A stretch of 64,000 bases of DNA. Origin: Gammaproteobacteria bacterium (GTDB lineage Bacteria; Pseudomonadota; Gammaproteobacteria; Ga0077536). How positions within the stretch are numbered: the stretch's first letter is position 1; each line of letters opens with the position of its first letter. Shown in pieces: positions 43,380 through 51,371 of this stretch. Below the pieces are notes generated by a model. It saw only the letters and a list, made by a program, of their open reading frames with translations, did not search any database and was not told where the DNA came from. The stretch covers positions 3,665-67,664 of the forward strand of contig JAIEQK010000035.1 of the NCBI GenBank assembly GCA_019747795.1. The letters run 5' to 3'. A program made the position numbers and the translations under genes.

Positions 43380-45702
43380 CTTCGGCCGCCGCATCGTCCT
43401 GCTGCTGGTCGCGGCCCTGGGCGCGGCCCAGGTGCTGGCGCTGGTCGCGGTGCTGCTCGCGACCCACGCCAACGTGCGCCGCGAGTCCCATGCGAACCTC
43501 GAGGTCGCGGAGGGCTTGTTCGAACGGCTCTACGAGGCGCGCTTCAGCCAGCTGACGGCCTCGGTCGAGGTGCTGGCGGCCGATTTCGGTTTCAAGCAGG
43601 CGATGGCCACCGCCGATCTCGCCACCATCAGTTCCGTGCTCGACAATCACGGCGCGCGCGCCGGCGCCGATCTCGCGGCGATCGTCGGCCTCGATGGCCA
43701 GGTGCTGCGCAGCGATGCTCGCCACCCCGCGCTCGAGCGGGAAGCGGCCTGGCCGGGCATCGTCGCGCAACTGCGGCGCGACAACTACGCACTCGCGACC
43801 CTGGCACTGGACGGCGCGGCGCATCAAGTGGTGGCGGTCCCGGTACTGGCACCCGAAGCCATCGGCTGGCTGTTGATGGGATTCGACGTGGGCGCGCCGC
43901 TGGCGGCGGAGATGCGGCGCCTGACCGGACTCGAAGTGTCCTTTCTGGCCGGCGGCGCTCGACCGGCCCTGCTCGGGTCGACCCTCGCGCCGCCTGCCCA
44001 GGCGGCGCTGGCCGCGCTCGCGCCTCACGTCGCGCCGGGTGAACTGCGCCTCGGGCAGGAAGACTACCTGACCCGCACCCTGCCGCTCGGCAGCGTTACC
44101 GCGGTCCTGCAGCAGTCCCTGACCGCGGCGCTTGCGCCCTATCACCGCCTGGCCTGGCAGCTCGCCGGCTGTTTCGCTGTGGTACTGGCGCTGGCGCTCA
44201 GCGCCGGGGTGTCATTGGCGCGCAGCCTCTCCAGGCCGGTGCGCGATCTCGCCGCCGCCGCGGCGCGCATCGGTGAAGGCCGGTACGACGTGGAAGTCGC
44301 GGTGCGCTCGCAGGACGAGATCGGCCAGCTCGCCGCCACCCTGAACAGCATGCAGTTCGAGATCGCCGAGCGCGAGCATCGCCTGGTGCACCAGGCGCAT
44401 CACGATGACCTCACGGGCCTGCCCAACCGCTGGCTGGCGCAGGACCGGCTGCAGGGGGCGATCCACCGCGCGCGGCGCGCATGCCGTCCCTTCACCGTGG
44501 TGCTGCTCGACATGGCGCGCTTCAAGCAGATCAACGACAGCCTCGGCCATCACGTCGGCGACGTGGTGCTGAAGGAGATCGCCCGGCGCCTGGTGGCGCG
44601 GGCGCGTCGCTCCGACACGGTCGCGCGCCTCGGCGGCGATGATTTCCTGCTGCTGCTAGAAGCGACCGACGCCATCCAGGCGCGGGTCATGCTCGGCGTG
44701 CTGCGCGACGCCCTTACCCAGCCCATCGAACTCGAGGGCATGAGCGTGGCGCTGGATTTCCGCGCGGGCCTGGCCAGCTTTCCCGACCACGGCGAAGACG
44801 CGAGCGCGCTGATGCGTCGCGCCGAGATCGCGATGTACGACGCACGCGAAGCCCACGACTGGCTGGTGACCTACCGTCTCGGCCGCGACGACGGGCACCT
44901 GCGCCAGCTGGCGATCGTCGCGACGCTGCCCGGCGCCCTGGCGCGCGACGAACTCACGCTCGTCTACCAGCCCAAGGCGGACATGGCGAGCGGCGGCATC
45001 CACCAGGCCGAGGCCCTGGTGCGCTGGGTCCATCCGGAATTCGGCTACCTGCCGCCCGACGAGTTCGTCACGGTCATCGAGCAGTCCGGCAACATCTCGC
45101 TGCTCACCGCCTGGATCATCGACCGCGCCGCGCGCCAGTGTCGCGACTGGTTGCAGCGCGGCCTGGACGTGCGCGTGAGCATCAACCTCTCGGCGCTGGA
45201 CCTGGCCAATGACGCGCTGCCGGCCTTGCTCGACCGCACGCTCGCGGCCTATGGCCTGGCGCCCCGCCAACTGGGCCTGGAGGTGACCGAGAGCGCGGTG
45301 ATGCGCGATCCGGGCGCCGCGCTGGCGGTGCTGGCCAGGCTGCGCGCGTCGGGCTACGGGCTCGCCATCGACGACTTCGGCACCGGTTACTCCTCCCTGG
45401 CCCAGCTGAAGCGCATGCCGGTGGAGGAACTCAAGATCGACAAGTCCTTCGTGCTGCATCTCAGCGAGGACGCCGAGGACGCGGTGATCGTGAAGTCCAC
45501 CATCGATCTCGCCCACACCCTGGGCCTCAAGGTGGTAGCGGAGGTCGTGGAGAACATCGACGCGTGGCACACCCTGCGGCTTTTCGGCTGCGATCTCGCC
45601 CAGGGCTATTTCATCGCCAAGCCGCTGGCGCCGGCGGACTTCGAAGCCTTCTTGCGTGGCAATGGTCAATCCTGCGCGGCCCTGCTCGAGCGCGCGGCAT
45701 GA
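43366..45702 (+). CDS. membrane sensor with periplasmic domain, HAMP, GGDEF (GGDDF variant) and EAL domains
   Basis: The ATG at 43366 overlaps the upstream gene by 14 nt. Two TM segments flank about 250 aa. HAMP follows. RRSD-x5-GGDDF is present. EAL motifs are EALVRW, DDFGTGYSSL and KIDKSFV. Confidence 0.85.
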   Translation: MRDLSFGRRIVLLLVAALGAAQVLALVAVLLATHANVRRESHANLEVAEGLFERLYEARFSQLTASVEVLAADFGFKQAMATADLATISSVLDNHGARAGADLAAIVGLDGQVLRSDARHPALEREAAWPGIVAQLRRDNYALATLALDGAAHQVVAVPVLAPEAIGWLLMGFDVGAPLAAEMRRLTGLEVSFLAGGARPALLGSTLAPPAQAALAALAPHVAPGELRLGQEDYLTRTLPLGSVTAVLQQSLTAALAPYHRLAWQLAGCFAVVLALALSAGVSLARSLSRPVRDLAAAAARIGEGRYDVEVAVRSQDEIGQLAATLNSMQFEIAEREHRLVHQAHHDDLTGLPNRWLAQDRLQGAIHRARRACRPFTVVLLDMARFKQINDSLGHHVGDVVLKEIARRLVARARRSDTVARLGGDDFLLLLEATDAIQARVMLGVLRDALTQPIELEGMSVALDFRAGLASFPDHGEDASALMRRAEIAMYDAREAHDWLVTYRLGRDDGHLRQLAIVATLPGALARDELTLVYQPKADMASGGIHQAEALVRWVHPEFGYLPPDEFVTVIEQSGNISLLTAWIIDRAARQCRDWLQRGLDVRVSINLSALDLANDALPALLDRTLAAYGLAPRQLGLEVTESAVMRDPGAALAVLARLRASGYGLAIDDFGTGYSSLAQLKRMPVEELKIDKSFVLHLSEDAEDAVIVKSTIDLAHTLGLKVVAEVVENIDAWHTLRLFGCDLAQGYFIAKPLAPADFEAFLRGNGQSCAALLERAA

Positions 45703-46580
45703 GGCAGATGGCGGGACGCCTGCTGGGCGCCGTGCTCCTGCTGCTGGCGGGCGCCGCGTCCGCCGAGATGCCGCGCTTGCCGCACAACAGCCGCATTCTC
45801 GCCACCGGCGGCGCGACGATGATCGAGGGCGCGGCGGGCGGCGGCATCGTGCCCTGGGCGGTGCTGGCGGGTTACGGCTCGAGTGACGAGGTCGGCGCCA
45901 GCGGGTTCTATACCCACGTCGACCTGAAGGACTACTCGCTCGACGCCTTTGGCGTGGCGGCGAGCTGGCACAACCGGGTGGAGGTGTCCCTCGCGCGCCA
46001 GGCCTTCGATCTCGGCACCCTGGGGCGGGCGCTGGGACTGGACGACCATGAACTGCGCCAAAACATTCTCGGTGTGAAGCTGCGCCTGTCGGGCGACCTC
46101 ATCTACGGTCGCTGGCCGCAGGTCGCGGCCGGCATGCAGTACAAGCACAACCTCGACTTCGGCATTCCCGACGCGGTCGGCGCGCGGCATGACGACGACG
46201 TGGAGCTCTACATAAGCGCCGCCAAGCTGTGGCTGGCAGGCCTGTTCGAGCGCAACGTGTTCGGCAACCTCACCCTGCGCTGGTCGCGCGCCAACCAGGG
46301 TGGCCTGCTGGGCTTCGGCGGCGATCGCGGCGACGGGCGCGAGCTGCTGGTCGAGGGCGCGGCCGGCATTTTTCTCACCCGTCATATCGCCCTGGGCGGC
46401 GAGTACCGCCAGCAGCCGGACAAGCTGAGTTTCTCACCGCAGAGCGACTGGTTCGACGCCTTCGTCGCGGTGTTCCCGAACAAGCACCTGTCGCTGGTGG
46501 CGGCCTACGCCGATCTCGGCACGGTCGCGACCTTGCCCGGCCAGCGTGGCTGGTACCTGTCGCTGCAACTCGCGTTCTGA
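45699..46580 (+). CDS. DUF3034 family exported protein (probable outer-membrane beta-barrel)
   Basis: The ATG overlaps the upstream stop (ATGA). Signal peptide is LLLLAGAASA. The GGATMIEGAAGGGIVPWAVLAGYG start is typical of DUF3034. The protein ends in an aromatic residue (LQLAF). Confidence 0.75.
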   Translation: MRQMAGRLLGAVLLLLAGAASAEMPRLPHNSRILATGGATMIEGAAGGGIVPWAVLAGYGSSDEVGASGFYTHVDLKDYSLDAFGVAASWHNRVEVSLARQAFDLGTLGRALGLDDHELRQNILGVKLRLSGDLIYGRWPQVAAGMQYKHNLDFGIPDAVGARHDDDVELYISAAKLWLAGLFERNVFGNLTLRWSRANQGGLLGFGGDRGDGRELLVEGAAGIFLTRHIALGGEYRQQPDKLSFSPQSDWFDAFVAVFPNKHLSLVAAYADLGTVATLPGQRGWYLSLQLAF

Positions 46581-46591
46581 GGGCTCGCACC

Positions 46592-47029
46592 ATGCGTTCA
46601 CCAACGACTCATCGTGTCGCAGGCCTGCTGCTCTTGATGTGCGTGGCGGTCGGCATGGACGCGCGCGCCGCGGACCGTCTCTACGACGACCTCGGCGGCG
46701 CCGACGGCGTCGCGGCGCTGGTCGACCAGTTCCTGGGCAACCTCGCCGACGACGCCCGTATCAACCACTTCTTCGCCGAGACCAACCTGGAGCGTTTTCG
46801 CAGCAAGCTGATCGAGCACCTGTGCGCCCTGGCGGGGGGACCGTGCACCTACTCCGGCGACAGCATGCACCAGGTGCACGCCGGTCTCGGCATCGGCGAG
46901 GCTGCGTTCAACGCGGTGGTCGAGGACCTGATCGAAGCGATGGAGCGCCGGGACATCGGCACCGGCACCCAGAACCGGCTGCTGGCGCTGCTCGCGCCCA
47001 TGCACGGCGACATCGTCGAGCGCCGCTGA
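46592..47029 (+). CDS. group I truncated haemoglobin (trHbN-like) with N-terminal signal peptide
   Basis: Contains LYDDLGG...DDARINHFF...GGPCTYSGDSMHQVHAGLGI, which aligns to trHbN. A 26-aa hydrophobic leader ends in ARA. Confidence 0.8.
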   Translation: MRSPTTHRVAGLLLLMCVAVGMDARAADRLYDDLGGADGVAALVDQFLGNLADDARINHFFAETNLERFRSKLIEHLCALAGGPCTYSGDSMHQVHAGLGIGEAAFNAVVEDLIEAMERRDIGTGTQNRLLALLAPMHGDIVERR

Positions 47030-47051
47030 ACGCGGCACTCGCGATCCAGAC

Positions 47052-47597
47052 TCACGCCGCCGGCGGCGGCGCCGGGTACCACTGCTCGGGCTCCGGCATC
47101 GGCCGGTCAGTCGGGATGATGAAGAGCTCCGCCGTGGTGGTGGTCGCGCCCTCGGTGTCGTAGTAGGCGTAGGGCACCACGCCCTGCCACACGCCCGACT
47201 GGATCATCTTGAAGCCGCGCCGCTCGAACTCCGCGCAGCGCGCTTCCCAGCTCATCTCGCCGCAATGGAAGGCGGTGTGGTGGATGCCCTCGCCGTGCTT
47301 GTCGAGGAACTCGGTGTAGATGCTCGGTCCCTTGGTCGGCTGGATGATCTCCCACATCATGTTGCCGCAGAAGGCGAGGCACAGCTTCATGGCGTAGTCG
47401 GCGGGCTGACCGCGAAAGGTCATGTCGCTGACGGTGGTACGGTCGAAGGTGTAGACCGCCCAGGGCCCGATGCCGAGCTTGAGAAAGCCGTCCATGGTGC
47501 GGTAGATGTCACGGGTCACCACGCAGGTCTGCATGGTCTCGGTCAGGAAACTGTTGCTGAGCGTGGTCGCGCTGGTCGGTGTGGGCACGGCGGCCAT
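47052..47597 (-). CDS. VOC family protein
   Basis: Internal ATG (cat 47595..47597) preceded by GGGGAGAA. Contains GIHHTAF and a VOC-like beta-alpha-beta-beta-beta repeat pattern. Confidence 0.7.
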   Translation of the reverse strand: MAAVPTPTSATTLSNSFLTETMQTCVVTRDIYRTMDGFLKLGIGPWAVYTFDRTTVSDMTFRGQPADYAMKLCLAFCGNMMWEIIQPTKGPSIYTEFLDKHGEGIHHTAFHCGEMSWEARCAEFERRGFKMIQSGVWQGVVPYAYYDTEGATTTTAELFIIPTDRPMPEPEQWYPAPPPAA

Positions 47598-47737
47598 GAT
47601 TCTCCCCCTGGGTGGTGTTGTAACTCGCCTCGAATCAACGACAATACGGCGACGTACGGCGTGCATCTTCGCCCGCCGCCGTGGCCGCAGCCGAGGAGTG
47701 CCCATTGAACCTTCTGAACCACAATTCCTTCAAGGAC

Positions 47738-49135
47738 ATGATGAACGACGTGGTGGACCACGGCAGTTGCTGCGAATGCGGCTCCTGCGTGGTGGTCTGC
47801 CCGCACAACGTCATCGAGTACATCGATGGCAAGCCGAAGCAGACCGCGAAGGAATCCGCCGCCTTTGATTTCTGCGGCGTCAGCGAGGGCGCCGGCTGCG
47901 ACGTGTGCGCGACCGCCTGCCCGCGCCTGTGGCCGCGCGAGTCCCACCTGAAGGACGCGGTGTTCGGCCCGGGGCCCGAGCGGGGCTTCGAGGACATCTT
48001 CGGCGTGTTCAAGCACATCTTCGTCGCCCGCACCAAGCGGCCGGACCTGGCCGAGGCCGGGCAGGACGGCGGCATCGTCACCGCGCTGCTCGCCTGGGCG
48101 CGCGAGACCGGGCGCATCGACGGCGCGGTGGTGTCCGCGGTGGGTGCCGAGGACAAGCCCTGCTTCCCGACTCCCAAGGTCGTCACCACCTACGACGAGA
48201 TCAAGTCCAGCGCCGGCAGCTGGTACACCTACTGCGCGAACAATCTCGCGCTGAACGAAGTCGAGGAGCGTGACCTCAAGCAGGTCGCCTTCGTCGGCGT
48301 GCCCTGCCAGATCACGCCGCTGCGCAAGATGGAGCACATGGATCCGAGCTTCCTGGTGCGCGATGCCAAGAAGCCGAAGATCATCGGTCGCCAGCGCGGC
48401 TTCCTGCGTGGCTACAGCGATCGCGTGGCGTTCAGCGTCGGCCTGTTCTGCACCGAGGTCTTTCAGCCCGAGCTGATGACCGAGAGGATCGAGAAGCAGA
48501 TGGGCATTCCGCTGACCGAGATTCGCCAGTTCAACGTCAAGGGCGAGGTGCTCATCTACCGCAAGAACGGCGACATCGGCCGCATTCCGCTCGAAGAGGC
48601 GATGCACGAGTACCAGCGTCCGGAGTGCAAGCACTGCGGCGACTTCTCCGCCGAGATGGCCGACATCGCCTGCGGTGGCGTCGGCACCGATCGCGCCACC
48701 ATCGTCGTGCTGCGCACCGAGAAGGCGGTCGAGATCTGGCGCGAGTTCCAGGCGACCGGCGAGGTCGAGGTCGAGCCGATCAAGGACAACAAGCGCGCGT
48801 GGAACGTGCTGCTGCGCCTCGCGCGCCGTCAGCGCGAGCGCCCGCCCATCGGTACCGCCCGCGGCGGCGCCGCGCCGGACCTGCCGCAGTACGACAAGGG
48901 GCAGGACCGCGCGCTCGCGCTGTCGCGCCTGACCGGCAAGCTGTCGCCGGCCGAGGTCGAGGCGAATCTCGCCGCCGCCTACGGCGACGAGTCCGCGCCG
49001 CCGGAGATCATGGGCTACATCGCCGGTACCCCGATTCCAGGCGACCCGGGCGATCCGGGCGCGGGCGAGAAGCGCAAGCTGCCACCGCCGCTGTCGCCCG
49101 AAGCGGGCGGCGCGCCGCCCGGCTGGACCGGCTGA
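47738..49135 (+). CDS. FrhB/FdhB-family (coenzyme F420 hydrogenase/dehydrogenase beta-like) Fe-S flavoprotein with Pro/Gly-rich C-terminal tail
   Basis: Two ferredoxin-type Cys clusters are present (CCECGSCVVVCP; CDVCATACP). FrhB_N/C-like motifs are QDGGIVTALL and VAFVGVPCQI...CKHCGDFSAEMADIACGG. The ATG at 47738 is used; a GTG at 47681 is also possible. Confidence 0.75.
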   Translation: MMNDVVDHGSCCECGSCVVVCPHNVIEYIDGKPKQTAKESAAFDFCGVSEGAGCDVCATACPRLWPRESHLKDAVFGPGPERGFEDIFGVFKHIFVARTKRPDLAEAGQDGGIVTALLAWARETGRIDGAVVSAVGAEDKPCFPTPKVVTTYDEIKSSAGSWYTYCANNLALNEVEERDLKQVAFVGVPCQITPLRKMEHMDPSFLVRDAKKPKIIGRQRGFLRGYSDRVAFSVGLFCTEVFQPELMTERIEKQMGIPLTEIRQFNVKGEVLIYRKNGDIGRIPLEEAMHEYQRPECKHCGDFSAEMADIACGGVGTDRATIVVLRTEKAVEIWREFQATGEVEVEPIKDNKRAWNVLLRLARRQRERPPIGTARGGAAPDLPQYDKGQDRALALSRLTGKLSPAEVEANLAAAYGDESAPPEIMGYIAGTPIPGDPGDPGAGEKRKLPPPLSPEAGGAPPGWTG

Positions 49136-49146
49136 GGCGCGCGGCT

Positions 49147-49180
49147 CGAGGTCGTTTGCGCGGTGGCGCGAACGACCTCG
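49147..49180 (+). terminator. strong GC hairpin after the FrhB-like gene (no U-tract)
   Basis: A 14-15 bp stem forms from gaggtcgtttgcgc / gcgcgaacgacctc, with one G-U pair and a ggtg loop. It starts 12 nt after the stop codon. Confidence 0.35.
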
Positions 49181-49263
49181 CGGGTCCCGCGCGAATTTGC
49201 AAAGCACGGAATCTTCTGTGCGCCCGGTTGGCGCGGGGACGTTTCGCCGCTAGGCTGCGCGCG

Positions 49264-49719
49264 GTGACCAGTCGATTCGTTCACCTCCTTGCCCTGGGCT
49301 TGATCGGCGGCGTCGTGCAGGGCGCGACCGCGGCCGAGGGGCCGAGCGCTCCGAATTATGAAATCAAGGATTACGCGATTCCGAGCCCGCTGACGTCCTC
49401 GCCCGGCTCTCCCGAGCGGGGTCGCGCCGTGATCCTCGAGCGCGAACTCGGCAACTGCCTTGCCTGTCACGCCATCCCGCTGGACGCCGAGTTCCCCGGC
49501 AGCGTGGGGCCGCCGCTCGCGGGCGTCGGCGCGCGCCTCACACCGGCACAGTTGCGCCTGCGCGTGGTCGATTCGAAGGTGTTGAACCCCGCGAGCGCCA
49601 TGCCCGCCTATTTCCGCAGCAGCGGTCTGAACCGTGTGCAGGCCGAGTATGTCGGCAAGACCATCCTGACGGCGCAGCAGGTGGAGGACGTCGTGGCCTT
49701 CCTGGCGACCCTGAAGTGA
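49264..49719 (+). CDS. soxX: SoxX, mono-haem c-type cytochrome of the SoxAX complex
   Basis: GTG start with a signal peptide. Single CLACH haem motif. Contains MPAYF..., typical of SoxX. Confidence 0.8.
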   Translation: MTSRFVHLLALGLIGGVVQGATAAEGPSAPNYEIKDYAIPSPLTSSPGSPERGRAVILERELGNCLACHAIPLDAEFPGSVGPPLAGVGARLTPAQLRLRVVDSKVLNPASAMPAYFRSSGLNRVQAEYVGKTILTAQQVEDVVAFLATLK

Positions 49720-49739
49720 GCGCGCGACGCGGAGACCCG

Positions 49740-50216
49740 ATGAACGCACCCGACGACAAGCCGCTGCTCGAGCGCCGCGCCCTGCTGGCGGCGAGTCTCG
49801 GCGTCCTGGGTCTCGCCCTGCCGTCCTGGCTCCTGGCCGCGGACGGCGAGGGCAAGGCGCGCGCCGCGGCCGCCATGGCCAAGCTGCTGGCCGGCCGCAA
49901 GCCGGCCGGCGAGGGCCTCAAGCTCACCACGCCCGCCATTGCCGAGAACGGCAACACGGTGCCGATCAGCATCGAGGTCGCGAGTCCGTTCACCGCGAAC
50001 GACTACGTGAAGGCCATTCACGTGTTCGCGGAGGACAACCCGGCGCCCGAGGTGGTGAGCTTCTACTTCACGCCGAGAAGCGGCCGCGCCGCGATCGCGA
50101 CGCGCATCCGTCTCGCGCGCAGCCAGCGCGTCGTCGCGCTCGCCGAACTGTCCGACGGGCGGGTGCTGGAGGCGGCCAACCAGGTCAAGGTCACCATCGG
50201 TGGCTGCGGCGGCTGA
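49740..50216 (+). CDS. soxY: SoxY sulfur-carrier protein
   Basis: Tat-like leader (ERRALLAASLG). The C-terminus is the invariant GGCGG. The ATG at 49740 follows GGAGA; a GTG at 49716 is an alternative. Confidence 0.9.
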   Translation: MNAPDDKPLLERRALLAASLGVLGLALPSWLLAADGEGKARAAAAMAKLLAGRKPAGEGLKLTTPAIAENGNTVPISIEVASPFTANDYVKAIHVFAEDNPAPEVVSFYFTPRSGRAAIATRIRLARSQRVVALAELSDGRVLEAANQVKVTIGGCGG

Positions 50217-50231
50217 CGGAGAGCGCGACTG

Positions 50232-50558
50232 ATGGATGCCCCGCGAGTGAAGGTGCCGGCCAGCGTCAAGGCCGGCGAGCCGTTTCTGATTAAGGTACTG
50301 GCCGCCCATCCCATGGAGTCCGGTCAGCGCAAGGACGAAGCCACCGGCGCGCGCATCCCGCGCAAGATCCTGAACGCGTTCCGCTGCACCTTGGATGGCG
50401 AAGAGATCCTGCGCGTGACGCTGCACCCGGCGGTGTCCGCCAACCCCTACCTGTCGTTCTACGCGACCGCGACCCAGAGCGGTGAACTGCGTTTCGAGTG
50501 GACCGACGACGACGGCAGCGTGACGACCGCAAAGGCCCGGTTCGAGGTCGTGCCATGA
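50232..50558 (+). CDS. soxZ: SoxZ
   Basis: 108 aa. The N-terminus RVKVPASVKAGEPFLIKVLAAHPMESG is typical of SoxZ. Confidence 0.9.
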   Translation: MDAPRVKVPASVKAGEPFLIKVLAAHPMESGQRKDEATGARIPRKILNAFRCTLDGEEILRVTLHPAVSANPYLSFYATATQSGELRFEWTDDDGSVTTAKARFEVVP

Positions 50559-51349
50559 GGCGCCCGCGCATGGCGGCCGTGCTGTGTACGGCCGCGCTGC
50601 TGTGCGCGGCCTGGGTACAGGCCGAGGACTGGGGACGCTACGCGGTGGACGGTCGGCGCAGCGGCTACACCTATGCCGCCGCCGAGACCCGCGCGATGCA
50701 GGACGACGAGTTCGACAACCCCGGCTCGCTGTGGCTCGCGCGCGGCGCGGAACTCTGGCAGACCGCAGAGGGGCAGGCGGGCAAGAGCTGCGCGTCCTGT
50801 CACCAGGAGGCCGCCGCCAGCATGCGCGGGGTGGGCGCGCGTTACCCGGTGTTCGCGCCCGAACTCGGCCGCCTGGTGAACGTCGAGCAACGCATCAACC
50901 AGTGCCGGCGCGAGCACATGGGCGCGGCACCCTGGGCGACCGAGTCCGAGCCGCTGCTCGCCATGACGGCCTACGTGAAGCACCAGTCGCTCGACCTTCC
51001 GGTGAACCCGGCGATCGACGGGCCGGCCGCGCCGTTCTTCGCGCGCGGCCGCCACATCTACCACACGCGCCGTGGCCAGCTCGACCTGGCCTGCATCCAC
51101 TGCCACGAGATGAACCACGGCAACATGCTGCGCGCCCAGCGGCTGAGCGAGGGCATGTCGAACGGCTTCCCCGCCTATCGCCTGAAGTGGCAGACGCTGG
51201 CGTCGCTGCAGCGGCGCATGGAGGGCTGCATGCGCGATGTGCGCGCCGAGCCCTACGCCGATGGCGCGGAGGAGTACGTGGATCTCGAGCTCTACCTCGC
51301 GTGGCGCGCGCGCGGCCTGCCGGTGGAGACGCCGGCGGTGCGCAACTGA
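50555..51349 (+). CDS. soxA: SoxA, di-haem cytochrome c
   Basis: The ATG overlaps the soxZ stop (ATGA). Haem motifs are CASCH and CIHCH. The conserved Cys ligand context is MEGCMRD. Confidence 0.9.
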   Translation: MRRPRMAAVLCTAALLCAAWVQAEDWGRYAVDGRRSGYTYAAAETRAMQDDEFDNPGSLWLARGAELWQTAEGQAGKSCASCHQEAAASMRGVGARYPVFAPELGRLVNVEQRINQCRREHMGAAPWATESEPLLAMTAYVKHQSLDLPVNPAIDGPAAPFFARGRHIYHTRRGQLDLACIHCHEMNHGNMLRAQRLSEGMSNGFPAYRLKWQTLASLQRRMEGCMRDVRAEPYADGAEEYVDLELYLAWRARGLPVETPAVRN

Positions 51350-51371
51350 ACCGCCGGCGCGCGTCTCGAGC

